From: a candidate division FCPU426 bacterium
Lineage (GTDB): Bacteria > Oederibacteriota > Muellerivitia > Muellerivitales > Muellerivitaceae
Assembly: GCA_027452205.1 (NCBI GenBank)
Contig: DAIDGV010000024.1
Span: forward strand, 30,750 to 94,749
DNA: 64,000 nucleotides
Reading direction: 5' to 3'
A program made the translations under genes and the position numbers. Under the pieces are notes generated by a model. It ran no database searches and was not told where the DNA came from. It saw nothing but the letters and a program-made list of their open reading frames with translations. Below are positions 7,867-16,920 of this stretch, one piece after another (positions within the stretch are counted from its first letter, which is position 1; each line of letters begins with the position of its first letter).

Positions 7867-9966
7867 TCAGGGCTTTGGAACGGGGCTTTTCATCGTTAAA
7901 AGCAGGTTCGGTAAGACCTGTTGTCTCTTCACCGGTGTCGGTCTTAAGTGATAGATCGCCCAGGGTCCTTGCTCATAGACCAGGTCCGTCCGGTGCTGGA
8001 TCAAATCGTCCAACTTGGCCCACTCTTCGTTCTTTAAAGGAAAGTAATCCGGGTCCTGTTCGATCAATCGTTGGCCTTCTTGTCCCGAGACCACCAGGTC
8101 GTCGATGCCCATTTCATAAAGGCGGTGATAGATCCCCTCACCGTCTTTTTCTTGACCGGCCAATTCCCTGAGGGCTTGTTGGTCATAGATCGTATTGGCG
8201 TAAAAATCCCGGCGGTAATAAAGACTGCGAGAATCCCCCACCAAAAGGATCCGGTCCCGAGGGGCGGTCACTTTCCCCACCGCCTCGGCGAGGCCATAGT
8301 AAGAAAGGGTCTGGGGATTGGTCTCCAAATATCCCGCACGGTTCTTGACCCCCAGGACCATCTGATCCCATTGGTAATAATCCACGCTTACACGCAAGAG
8401 TGAAAGGAAGCTGAGGGCGCCGAAAACCACCAGGAACCAGGACCACCATCGCACTTTGTTTTTTTCAAGCAGATCCAGGGCCAGTCCGATCTCGACCACC
8501 AACAACACGCAAGCCGGTATGGCCAGCCTCAATTGATGGGATACCGCGAAGCAAAGGAGAAGATAAGAAAGACCGGTCCAGCCCACCCAACTGGAAGAAG
8601 AGGAAGATGGCCGGGCAATGAACCAAAGGGGCACAAAAGCCAGGAGCAACGGTCCCACGGTTTTATCCAGGCTTCGGGTAAAAATTTGGACGACCCAATC
8701 ACCGAAAGAATGATCCATCACCCAGGGGCTCTCATGAGCGATCATCAATGCCTGTTCTTGTACTTTGGAAAAATACATTCCGCCGAACCATTGGGATAGA
8801 TAGGGATAAACCGGATTGCCCGTATAAGCCGCGTTCTTGAGGAACCAGGGCATCACGCACAGACCCACCAGCACGAGGGTGCCGATCCAGCGTTTCCAGG
8901 GCAGGGCAAACCCGGACCGGGCCCAGACCACGAAGCCCGCCAGCCAAACCACTCCCACCCCCAGGACAGCGGTTTGTTTAACCGTCCAAGCGGCGCCACC
9001 CATCAACCCGGCCAACATGAACCAATTCTCCCTGCCTTCGGCCATGGCTTTGCGGAGGGAATAAACGAAGAGAAGGATGAAAAAAGCTAGCACCACGTCA
9101 TTTTGGGCGGACCAGACCGTGGTCGAAAAAAGCGGCAGGAAGAGAATCGAAAGACCCGTTAAAACGCCCGTTGTTCGGCTTCCCTCTTCAGCCACCCAGG
9201 CCCCCGCGGCCAGGGACGTCCAAAAGAGGAAAAAGATATTCAAACCCTTGGCCGCTTCGGTTCCCTGCAGGACCATTCCGTTCCAAAGGTACAGTTCCGC
9301 GCCGAAAGGGAAACAGGTGAAAAAGTTGCCGGGGGCCTCGGCCAAACCGTGATGGAAACCCCAAAAACTGAGGGTCGAAAGATGATAGACCAGTCCGTCA
9401 AAATAGGTCACGGGAGTCCAGATCTGGGCCCATTCCAGGGCGATAAAACCGCAGGCCAGCGCGATCAACCAAGGAGTACTCGTGATATCCAGCTTCCACG
9501 CAAGCGTCCCCTTCAAGACCGGGTCTTCCCGCCACAGATCGACCAAAGCCCAAAGACAAAAAACCGTGACCAGTACCACATCGAAAGGACCGTTCCAAAG
9601 ACCGTTCAGCCCCGATCCCATCCAGAACAGATCGAGAAAAACCACTCCCAAGGCCGTTTCAAAACAAAAGCGGAGGACTTTCGAACCGAAGTTCAGACCC
9701 AGTAATCGCAAACCATATCGGCCCAACCGCCAAGTGGCCAAAGCCACCGAGCCGCAGACCAAGGTTGCCTTTAAAGACCCCCAAAGGTTGGAAGCCCAAA
9801 GAACTCCTTGGGCCTGTCTGAGGTCTTGGGACAGGACCGAAATAAAGGACAGGTCCAGGGAACGCGGCGAGAAATAGAGAAAAAGGGCAAAAAGACACCA
9901 AAGGGAGAATATCCAAACGCCAAAAAGGCCCAATGGCTTGCGGATGGATTCGAGGAGATTTCGCAA
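7867..9966 (-). CDS. hypothetical large polytopic membrane protein, possibly a glycosyltransferase or polymerase
   Basis: 699 aa; at least 12 hydrophobic helices followed by a C-terminal soluble domain of about 200 aa. No firm family assignment from sequence alone. Confidence 0.5.
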   Translation of the reverse strand: MRNLLESIRKPLGLFGVWIFSLWCLFALFLYFSPRSLDLSFISVLSQDLRQAQGVLWASNLWGSLKATLVCGSVALATWRLGRYGLRLLGLNFGSKVLRFCFETALGVVFLDLFWMGSGLNGLWNGPFDVVLVTVFCLWALVDLWREDPVLKGTLAWKLDITSTPWLIALACGFIALEWAQIWTPVTYFDGLVYHLSTLSFWGFHHGLAEAPGNFFTCFPFGAELYLWNGMVLQGTEAAKGLNIFFLFWTSLAAGAWVAEEGSRTTGVLTGLSILFLPLFSTTVWSAQNDVVLAFFILLFVYSLRKAMAEGRENWFMLAGLMGGAAWTVKQTAVLGVGVVWLAGFVVWARSGFALPWKRWIGTLVLVGLCVMPWFLKNAAYTGNPVYPYLSQWFGGMYFSKVQEQALMIAHESPWVMDHSFGDWVVQIFTRSLDKTVGPLLLAFVPLWFIARPSSSSSSWVGWTGLSYLLLCFAVSHQLRLAIPACVLLVVEIGLALDLLEKNKVRWWSWFLVVFGALSFLSLLRVSVDYYQWDQMVLGVKNRAGYLETNPQTLSYYGLAEAVGKVTAPRDRILLVGDSRSLYYRRDFYANTIYDQQALRELAGQEKDGEGIYHRLYEMGIDDLVVSGQEGQRLIEQDPDYFPLKNEEWAKLDDLIQHRTDLVYEQGPWAIYHLRPTPVKRQQVLPNLLLTMKSPVPKP

Positions 9967-10168
9967 AAAGTCGTCCTTTCTTGGATTAAGGGCGCCTTTA
10001 TTCTACTGGAAGGTTCAAAAGGTGTTCAGGGTTTCTCGAGCGTCTCATTTCGGTCACCAAGACTGATAAAAGTAAAAACCCTTTCGATCAAACCGGTCCT
10101 TTCCACTTTAAAAGACCCTTCTTTTATGGGAAACTCCGTTCCCCAACAGTTCATCCCACGAGGCATCC

Positions 10169-10918
10169 ATGAATCCCCTTTGGTTCCAAACTCTGGTTAG
10201 TGTGACCATTGTCAGCCTTTTATCTTTACTGGTAGTCATGGTGCTATGGCTCCAGCCCAGGACCCTACAAAAACTCTTGATCCCTTTGATCAGCTTGGCC
10301 GTAGGAGGTCTTTTCGGCGACGCTTTCCTTCATTTGATCCCCGATTGTTTTCAAAACACCAAGGACCCTAGTCAGGTCTCCCTCTTGATCCTTGGAGGTC
10401 TTCTTCTTTTCCTTACCCTGGAAAAAAGCATGCATTACTACCATCATCACCAGCACGAGGAGGAGGAAGTCCATCCCTATGGTTATCTCAGCCTCATAGC
10501 CGGCGGCCTGCATAACTACATCGACGGCCTGCTGATCGGTGCCTCCTATTTGGCCGGTTTCTCCGTGGGTTTGGCCACCACCTTAGCGGTGATCCTGCAT
10601 GAGATACCGCACGAATTGGGGGATTTCAGCATTTTGGTCAAGGCTGGTTTCAAACCATTGAAGGCCCTTTTTTTCAACTTCTTCTCCGCCCTGCTGGCCA
10701 TTGCGGGCGCATTGACCGCCCTGGCGCTTTCCATCGGCAATCCAGAATCTGTCACGCGGATCATCCTTCCGATGACCGCGGGCGGTTTCATTTACATTGC
10801 CGGTTCGGATCTGATCCCGGAACTGCATAAGGAAAAGACCCTTTCTTCTTCCTTGGTTCAGATATTATCCATGATCGCTGGCGCTGGACTGATGTTGCTG
10901 ATCAAACTACTGGAGTAG
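10169..10918 (+). CDS. zupT: ZIP family divalent metal transporter
   Basis: 249 aa; His-rich cytoplasmic loop (HYYHHHQHEEEEVH) and the conserved HEIPHELGDF ZIP motif. GAGG Shine-Dalgarno. Confidence 0.85.
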   Translation: MNPLWFQTLVSVTIVSLLSLLVVMVLWLQPRTLQKLLIPLISLAVGGLFGDAFLHLIPDCFQNTKDPSQVSLLILGGLLLFLTLEKSMHYYHHHQHEEEEVHPYGYLSLIAGGLHNYIDGLLIGASYLAGFSVGLATTLAVILHEIPHELGDFSILVKAGFKPLKALFFNFFSALLAIAGALTALALSIGNPESVTRIILPMTAGGFIYIAGSDLIPELHKEKTLSSSLVQILSMIAGAGLMLLIKLLE

Positions 10919-10995
10919 CTGGATTTTACTAGCCGCGTCTAGCCTCCACTAAGGCCCGAGATTAAACTGATCCTAACCCATCCAAGGAGCCAAAC

Positions 10996-11478
10996 ATGAA
11001 CGTTTATGATTTCAAAGCCAAGACCATCGACGGAAAGGAAATTTCCCTGGACGTATACAAAGGAAAAACCCTTTTGATCGTGAATGTAGCCAGCAAGTGC
11101 GGCTTTACGCCTCAATACGAGGGTTTGGAAAAGCTTTATAAGGATTACCAAGCCAAGGGTTTAGAGATATTGGGGTTTCCTTGCAATCAATTCGGCCATC
11201 AGGAACCTGGCACCGAGGCCGAGATCCAAAGTTTTTGCAGCCTGACCTACGGGGTCTCTTTCCCCATGTTCGCCAAGGTGGACGTGAACGGCGACGACGC
11301 CCATCCGCTCTATAAATACCTCACCCATGACAAACCCGGCATCTTGGGAACCGAGGCCATCAAGTGGAACTTCACCAAATTCCTTATCGGAAAGGATGGC
11401 GAACCGCTGAAACGCTACGGCTCCGCGGACAAACCGGAGAGCCTGACCGGTGATATCGAAACCGCTTTGAACAAGTAA
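10996..11478 (+). CDS. glutathione peroxidase
   Basis: 160 aa; VASKCGFTPQYEGLE…LGFPCNQFGHQEPG active-site motifs of the GPx/BtuE family. AAGGAG Shine-Dalgarno. Confidence 0.9.
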   Translation: MNVYDFKAKTIDGKEISLDVYKGKTLLIVNVASKCGFTPQYEGLEKLYKDYQAKGLEILGFPCNQFGHQEPGTEAEIQSFCSLTYGVSFPMFAKVDVNGDDAHPLYKYLTHDKPGILGTEAIKWNFTKFLIGKDGEPLKRYGSADKPESLTGDIETALNK

Positions 11479-11483
11479 TTCTG

Positions 11484-11528
11484 AAAAAGAAAAGGCCCGG
11501 CTTCGATATCGAGGCTGGGCTTTTTTTA
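11484..11528. terminator. bidirectional rho-independent terminator between convergent gpx and nmrA-like genes
   Basis: GC-rich hairpin GCCCGGCTTCGA-TATC-GAGGCTGGGC, flanked by an A-run on one side and a T-run on the other. Confidence 0.6.
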
Positions 11529-11541
11529 TTGCGCTGCTTTG

Positions 11542-12438
11542 TTAATGGGCCGTGGGCGGTTGGGTCAAAGCCTCCCGGTGGGCCAAAAGATAATTTTCAA
11601 CGCTTTGAGGTTCTTTTCCGGTCAGGTCTTTCACAGCGGTGGAAGGCACCGCCAAATATCCCTCGGCAATAGCCATTTCAAAAGAAACTAAGGCTTCTTG
11701 AAGAAAATTCGGCAACCCCGCCCCCGCATAACCCGCCTTGAGGGTACTGGCGGCCACTTGCATGAATCCAATAGGTTTTGCGGTCAATCTCGCCGCGATC
11801 GTCGCCAATTCATTCCCTTTAACAATGGCCGGGCCAGTAATATCCAACGTTCGGTTCTTGGCCTCGGCGGACAAGAGGGCCGCCGCATCCGCCTGGGCGC
11901 AATCTTCCCGGGTGACATAAGCGGCGCCGCTATCCCCCGGCGCTCCGAACAACTTGCCTTTGACGATAGCTTGGGAAAGTTTGGGGATCAAATAATCGGT
12001 ATACCAGTTGTGACGCAGGATGGTCCAAGTCATGTTACTCGCGGCCAGGGCTTGCTCGGTGCCTAAATGATCCGGCGCGAAGGTGATGGGATTTCCGGCT
12101 TCCGGTCTCGGCATGGAGGTATAAACCACATGTTTGACGCCCGCTTTTTCGGCGGCGGCTACCGCGTTCTTATGCTGGATCAGGCGCTGTCCCGGGCGGG
12201 CCAATTCGTCCGTACTGATAAGAAGCAGACGATCCACCCCCGCGAAGGCCTTTTCTAAACCGGCGGGATCCTCGAAATTGCCCGCGCGCACTTCCACTCC
12301 TTGGGCGACGAGATCCTTTAACTTGTCCGGCGTGCGGGTGACCGCCACTATCGCTCCGGCCTTGGCTTCCAATAAAAGCTCAACAACCCTTCGGCCTAAA
12401 TGACCCGATGCGCCGGTGACAAGCAATTTTCGATCCAT
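11542..12438 (-). CDS. NmrA-like / atypical SDR NAD(P)H-binding oxidoreductase
   Basis: 298 aa; N-terminal LLVTGASGHLGRRVVELL Rossmann motif and NmrA-like overall architecture. Confidence 0.75.
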   Translation of the reverse strand: MDRKLLVTGASGHLGRRVVELLLEAKAGAIVAVTRTPDKLKDLVAQGVEVRAGNFEDPAGLEKAFAGVDRLLLISTDELARPGQRLIQHKNAVAAAEKAGVKHVVYTSMPRPEAGNPITFAPDHLGTEQALAASNMTWTILRHNWYTDYLIPKLSQAIVKGKLFGAPGDSGAAYVTREDCAQADAAALLSAEAKNRTLDITGPAIVKGNELATIAARLTAKPIGFMQVAASTLKAGYAGAGLPNFLQEALVSFEMAIAEGYLAVPSTAVKDLTGKEPQSVENYLLAHREALTQPPTAH

Positions 12439-12496
12439 TTATGACCCCTTGATTCAAGAATGTTTCAGGACAATTTAGACCGGGTCAACCTTAAAA

Positions 12497-12526
12497 CCAA
12501 GCCGTCACCAAATGGTGACGGCTTGG
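12497..12526. promoter_or_regulatory. perfect 13-bp-arm inverted repeat (candidate operator or hairpin) in a divergent intergenic region
   Basis: CCAAGCCGTCACC-AAAT-GGTGACGGCTTGG. It lies between the 5' ends of the nmrA-like gene (-) and the secreted-protein gene (+). Confidence 0.4.
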
Positions 12527-12730
12527 TGAACATTAACTAATTGTGGCAAACCTCGTAAGAAACATCGTCCATATTCAATTGCGACCAACAGAATACGCCC
12601 ATCCATCCCGAGTGATTGGCGGTTCATGGGGCGAACCGGCCAACATATAGTGAAATGTTCTTGCCGGGATGAAGCTTTATCGAGAATTGTGTAGAATCGT
12701 TCTGTTATTTATTTTCCGTAGGAATTACCC

Positions 12731-13186
12731 ATGAAAAAATTACAACTGGCTTTGTTTGCTCTCTTGGTCCTAGTGGGTTCTCAATCTTGGGCAACCCGCC
12801 AAGTGAACGAGCTCGAAAAGAATTATCCGGTCCTTTCCGCCTTTTACCCTGTCCCGGACAATGAAAAAAAACAATTTAAAGACGTTTATTTCCGCTTGGG
12901 CTGGAAGGCCCGTAAGCCTTACCGGATCGCCGTCCAATTCACCAACCAATCCTATAAGACCGTACCATTGAAGTTCGCCTTGAAGGATGTGACCACCCAA
13001 AAAATGGTCATTCTGGATAAAGGGAAGAACACGGCGGTGGGCGCGGAAACCTTAGGATCCATCTCCGAAGGGGCTCTTTGGTCGGCCCTCATCCAGGATA
13101 AGAAGGATCATTTCATCCTCAGGGTCTGGGATAAGGATGGGAGCGAGACTCGTTCAAGAGAGCTCGTTTTCCAAGAAAAGAAATGA
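12731..13186 (+). CDS. hypothetical secreted protein
   Basis: 151 aa; signal peptide MKKLQLALFALLVLVGSQSWA with cleavage-like SWA-T. No recognisable domain. Confidence 0.5.
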   Translation: MKKLQLALFALLVLVGSQSWATRQVNELEKNYPVLSAFYPVPDNEKKQFKDVYFRLGWKARKPYRIAVQFTNQSYKTVPLKFALKDVTTQKMVILDKGKNTAVGAETLGSISEGALWSALIQDKKDHFILRVWDKDGSETRSRELVFQEKK

Positions 13187-13201
13187 TCCTTCTTACAGCC
13201 G

Positions 13202-13954
13202 CTACTTGGCAGTCTTTTCCGGCGGGGTCACGCCGAATTGGGCATCTACCAACGAAGCGATGACCGAATGCCCCAGGTTGTTCGGGTGCACATCCCCGTT
13301 CACGAAATATTCCGGATGGCCCATAAAGGCCGTATAGACATCGGCCACTTTCACATTGTTGGCCGCCGCCACTTCCCGGATCGACTTGTTGAATTCTTGC
13401 AAGATCCCGGCGGGTTTCATGGGTAGGCAAATACCCTTGCCGCCGTTGTTCGGATCGGGAATAGTGCAGAGCACTAGGTCGCAGTGGGGATTGAACTTCA
13501 GGATCGCTTCCACGCAGGTTTGCAGTTTGCTCTTATAGGCGGCCGCGCAAGCCATGCCCTGTTCCAGGGTGGGCGGATGGTCACAAACAATGCAAGCGCA
13601 GGAGGACTGAAGATCGCCGATCCCCACGTTCAGGACCGCGCGTTCCATGGGTCCCTTATGGGCCTGCGTGACCTTATCCAGATCCGTCTGGAGGCTCCCT
13701 TTCACGGAATCGATGGTTCCTCCCCCTTGACCGTAATTGAGCAGAGTGATATGGGGATAATACTCATCTAGGTCGCCGGCCGTCAGCGAGGCGAAGGAAT
13801 CGCTCAAAGGCATCGCCTTAGCGCCGGCGGCATAGCAGTCGCCGAATACACCGAAGACCGTGTCTTTCGGGGCGTGGCGGTAAGGCAGGGTGCCGCAGCC
13901 GGCCCCGATCAAAGCGATGGTCAACAATAGGATCGATCCGATTCTCATTTTCAT
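13202..13954 (-). CDS. SGNH/GDSL-family hydrolase lipoprotein, with Cys at the nucleophile position
   Basis: 250 aa; lipoprotein-like signal (LIGAGC). Block I reads FGDCYAAG (GDS→GDC), block II is NYGQGGGT, and block V is DGVHPNNLGH. Confidence 0.6.
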   Translation of the reverse strand: MKMRIGSILLLTIALIGAGCGTLPYRHAPKDTVFGVFGDCYAAGAKAMPLSDSFASLTAGDLDEYYPHITLLNYGQGGGTIDSVKGSLQTDLDKVTQAHKGPMERAVLNVGIGDLQSSCACIVCDHPPTLEQGMACAAAYKSKLQTCVEAILKFNPHCDLVLCTIPDPNNGGKGICLPMKPAGILQEFNKSIREVAAANNVKVADVYTAFMGHPEYFVNGDVHPNNLGHSVIASLVDAQFGVTPPEKTAK

Positions 13955-14020
13955 GGGTAACCTTTGGCAGGAATGTTCAACGAGGACTTATATTATCACT
14001 TTTCTCCGGGACACTGAAGT

Positions 14021-15040
14021 TCAAGGCCCTCCGGGCCCATAAGGTCCCCCCGGCACACGGGCATGGTCCAGGGTCCTCGCGAACTCCCGGTTGAATTTCT
14101 TCCGACCCTGGTCATTCAAGTGGGCCGGATCGGAAAAGAGCTTCCAGGAATAGATGGGGGCTTTCGGGTCCAGGATGTGGAATTGAGGGATCCTTTGTGC
14201 CGTCTGGGATAAGTAGAGTCGAAAGTCGCGGATCACTTGCGCTTTTATATGAGGCACCGAAGCCTCGTTCACGGGCATGTCCGCGAAATAGACCGGTATG
14301 CCCGCCTTCCCTAAAAGGTCCAGCGTCCTTTGAAAATAGAGGTCCACCACCGGGCTGACATGGAACCCCTGCAGTTCGGTGTCGTTGTTCAACTGCCGCG
14401 AGCCGTCCATCTGCGGGAAGGAATAGTGTCCCCGGTTTTGGACGACCAATTCCAAAGCTTCCCGGTTCTCTTTCTCACGGACGCCGTAAGGCTGGGCAAA
14501 GAACGAGGAGACCGAGTAAGAAGGGAACCCGCGGGACAGTAAGAAGGAATAAAGGTCCTGTTGGAGACCCCACAGGCCCGGGTCGGTGATGGTCAATTCT
14601 TTATCGCCCTTCTGGCGGATGTTCCCTTCGACCTCGTCGGCCTCGGGGCCGGTCAAGAGCCCGAATTTGACCGTGTTCTCCCAGTAAAAATCCGGATGGA
14701 CGAAATGGTAAGCGCTGAAAGAAAGCAATACCGCCGCCGGTTTGACCGGGGCCTTCAGGAGCTGGCGGACGAGAAAATAACTTTCAATGGGGGTACTGCC
14801 GCTCATACCGAGGTCGACCACCGTCGGCCCCAACCGATCGGGCGCCAGGTCGTTCATCACCATGGAATCGCCGAACAGCACCAGGCCCGGACGGGAATAA
14901 GTTTCGATGAGCTTTTCTTTTCCCTGGAGGATGGCGTAATCCCGGCTCAGATAAGACAAGCGGTGGTCCACCGCCCATTTCCAAACCCCGCCGAAGACCG
15001 AGGCGAAGAACAACGTGAAAACGATCAAATAGGTTCTCAT
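14021..15040 (-). CDS. DltD/AlgJ-like SGNH protein (partner of the MBOAT)
   Basis: 339 aa; N-terminal TM anchor, VLFGDSMV block I, C-terminal DPAHLNDQG block V. Immediately downstream of the MBOAT gene, as in dltBCD, algIJ and patAB. Confidence 0.65.
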   Translation of the reverse strand: MRTYLIVFTLFFASVFGGVWKWAVDHRLSYLSRDYAILQGKEKLIETYSRPGLVLFGDSMVMNDLAPDRLGPTVVDLGMSGSTPIESYFLVRQLLKAPVKPAAVLLSFSAYHFVHPDFYWENTVKFGLLTGPEADEVEGNIRQKGDKELTITDPGLWGLQQDLYSFLLSRGFPSYSVSSFFAQPYGVREKENREALELVVQNRGHYSFPQMDGSRQLNNDTELQGFHVSPVVDLYFQRTLDLLGKAGIPVYFADMPVNEASVPHIKAQVIRDFRLYLSQTAQRIPQFHILDPKAPIYSWKLFSDPAHLNDQGRKKFNREFARTLDHARVPGGPYGPGGP

Positions 15041-15051
15041 TCCCGCCCTTT

Positions 15052-16641
15052 CTAGAACTTGAAGTAAAGAAATTCACTGTTGCCGGTGATCATCAAGAGG
15101 GTCATGCTGGCCAGCAAAGCCAAAGCGAGGGCCCAGCCCCAATTGTTGCGCCAAACAAAGGATAGGACCGGCTTCTCGGCCTTGATCTTGGTCAAAGAGG
15201 CTTTCTCCGCGTCGAAAAGCTGAAGGACGTTCGGAAAGAAAAGGATGATCGCCATCCCGACCGCCAGGCTCAGCCAGCAATTGGTGAAATTCCAATAAGG
15301 CACCGTTATCCCCAGGTAATCGAGCACCGACTCGACCGGGCCCGAAAGTCCACCCACGCTGTCCCCCGTTCCCCGTCCGATCAGGGATTGGATCAGGTTC
15401 CAGGCGTCCCGCAGGTTCTTGGCGCGGAAGAAGACAAAACTGACCAGGACCGCCGTGTAGGTGAGCGCCCATTTCCAAAGGCCGTCCAAACCGCGCAACA
15501 CCGGGGAGGAAACCGTCTTTTTGGGGCCGAACCAGCGCCAGAGATGGTTCACGCTAAGATACAGGCCGTGCAGCAGGCCGAAGATCATGAATTGAAGACC
15601 CGCCCCGTGCCAGATCCCCACCAGGGTCATGGTCACCAGGGTCGGTCCCGCCAGCATCTTGAGGAATCCCTCGGCGGTGATATCGCCGGGTCTCAAAAGG
15701 CTTTTGCCTTGGGCCGCCCGGCGGCGGATGACCCAAAGGGAGATCGGGTTGTAAAGGTATAGGGTCAAATAACGGGTCAGGGAAATGTGCCAGCGCTGCC
15801 AAAAGTCGATGATGCTGCGGCTCTTGTAGGGCGAGTCGAAATTGGCTGGGAAGAAGATGTTGAACATACGGGCCAGCCCCAGGGCCATTTCCGAGTAACC
15901 GGCGAAGTCGAAATAAAGCTGGAGCGAATAACAGGCCACTCCCGCCCAGGCTTCCAGCAGGTGTTTCTCGCCCGTGTTCCGGAAGACATCCGCGGCAATG
16001 GCGGACAGGGGGTCCGCCAAAAGGACCTTTTTGGCCAACCCGAGCACGAAAATGGAAAGGCCGATGGCGATATTGTCCCAGCGGAACCGGTAGGTCTGTT
16101 TCTCGGCGAATTGGGGCATCATTTCCCGGTGATGCAGGATCGGTCCAGCGATCAGGTGCGGGAAAAAAGTCACGAAGAGCAGGTATTCTAGGAATCCCCT
16201 TTCCTTGGCGCTTCCGTCCCGAACGTCGATAAGGAACCCGATCTGCGTGAAGGTGAAAAAGGAAATACCTAGGGGCAGGATCAGGCTTCCCCAAAGCGGT
16301 CCCGCGTAAAGGGTCCGGTCATGGAACCAAGACAACAAGGCCAGCAGGTATTTGTAATAGAAGAGCGCGCCCAGGTTGGCGGTAACACCTAAAGCGAGGA
16401 TCCAGGAACAGGTCCGGGGCCTATTCCCCAGTACCTGCATGGCATAACCGCAGGCGTAATTGAAAAGAATGGAGGCCACCAACAAGATCAAGAAGACCGG
16501 CGACCACCAACCGTAGAAGAAAAGGGAAAGGAACGCCAGCCACCACTTGGCGGCGGTCTCATGGGAAAGGCCTAATAGGTAATAGACCGCCAGGGAGGCC
16601 GGGAGGAAGATGAAAAGGAAAAAAAGTGAGTTGAAAAGCAT
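15052..16641 (-). CDS. MBOAT family membrane-bound O-acyltransferase (DltB/AlgI-like)
   Basis: 529 aa polytopic protein with the MBOAT signature region (…FWQRWHISLTRYLTLYLYNP…) including the conserved His. Confidence 0.8.
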   Translation of the reverse strand: MLFNSLFFLFIFLPASLAVYYLLGLSHETAAKWWLAFLSLFFYGWWSPVFLILLVASILFNYACGYAMQVLGNRPRTCSWILALGVTANLGALFYYKYLLALLSWFHDRTLYAGPLWGSLILPLGISFFTFTQIGFLIDVRDGSAKERGFLEYLLFVTFFPHLIAGPILHHREMMPQFAEKQTYRFRWDNIAIGLSIFVLGLAKKVLLADPLSAIAADVFRNTGEKHLLEAWAGVACYSLQLYFDFAGYSEMALGLARMFNIFFPANFDSPYKSRSIIDFWQRWHISLTRYLTLYLYNPISLWVIRRRAAQGKSLLRPGDITAEGFLKMLAGPTLVTMTLVGIWHGAGLQFMIFGLLHGLYLSVNHLWRWFGPKKTVSSPVLRGLDGLWKWALTYTAVLVSFVFFRAKNLRDAWNLIQSLIGRGTGDSVGGLSGPVESVLDYLGITVPYWNFTNCWLSLAVGMAIILFFPNVLQLFDAEKASLTKIKAEKPVLSFVWRNNWGWALALALLASMTLLMITGNSEFLYFKF

Positions 16642-16662
16642 AGCGTCCTTCGGGGCCGGGGC

Positions 16663-16920
16663 TTATTTCTTCGCCGCGACCCTTTTTTCGATCAGGGCCA
16701 CGAAATCTCCCACGTTGCGCAAGGCCTCCAGCTCGGAAGCGTTGAACTTGATCCCGAACTCCATCTCCACGGCCACGATGATGTTGATATGGTTGAAGGA
16801 ATCCCAACCCTCCACGTCATCCGCGGTGGTCTCGGGCTTCAGGGTGATATCATCGTTCCCCAGCACCTGGGCAAAGATAAGGGTCAGTCGTTGAAAGATC
16901 TCGCTGCGTTCCATGGTCAT
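16663..16920 (-). CDS. acyl/peptidyl carrier protein (DltC-like)
   Basis: 85 aa acidic four-helix protein with a phosphopantetheine-attachment-like …DDVEGWDSFNHI… serine motif. Overlaps the upstream FkbH-like gene by 4 nt. Confidence 0.7.
   Translation of the reverse strand: MTMERSEIFQRLTLIFAQVLGNDDITLKPETTADDVEGWDSFNHINIIVAVEMEFGIKFNASELEALRNVGDFVALIEKRVAAKK

Noticed and set aside
12497-12526. Interpreting the 13-bp-arm palindrome as a rho-independent terminator
   Set aside because: It is not located downstream of any gene on either strand, because both neighbours diverge from it. It also lacks a clean U-tract, so an operator or leader hairpin is more consistent.
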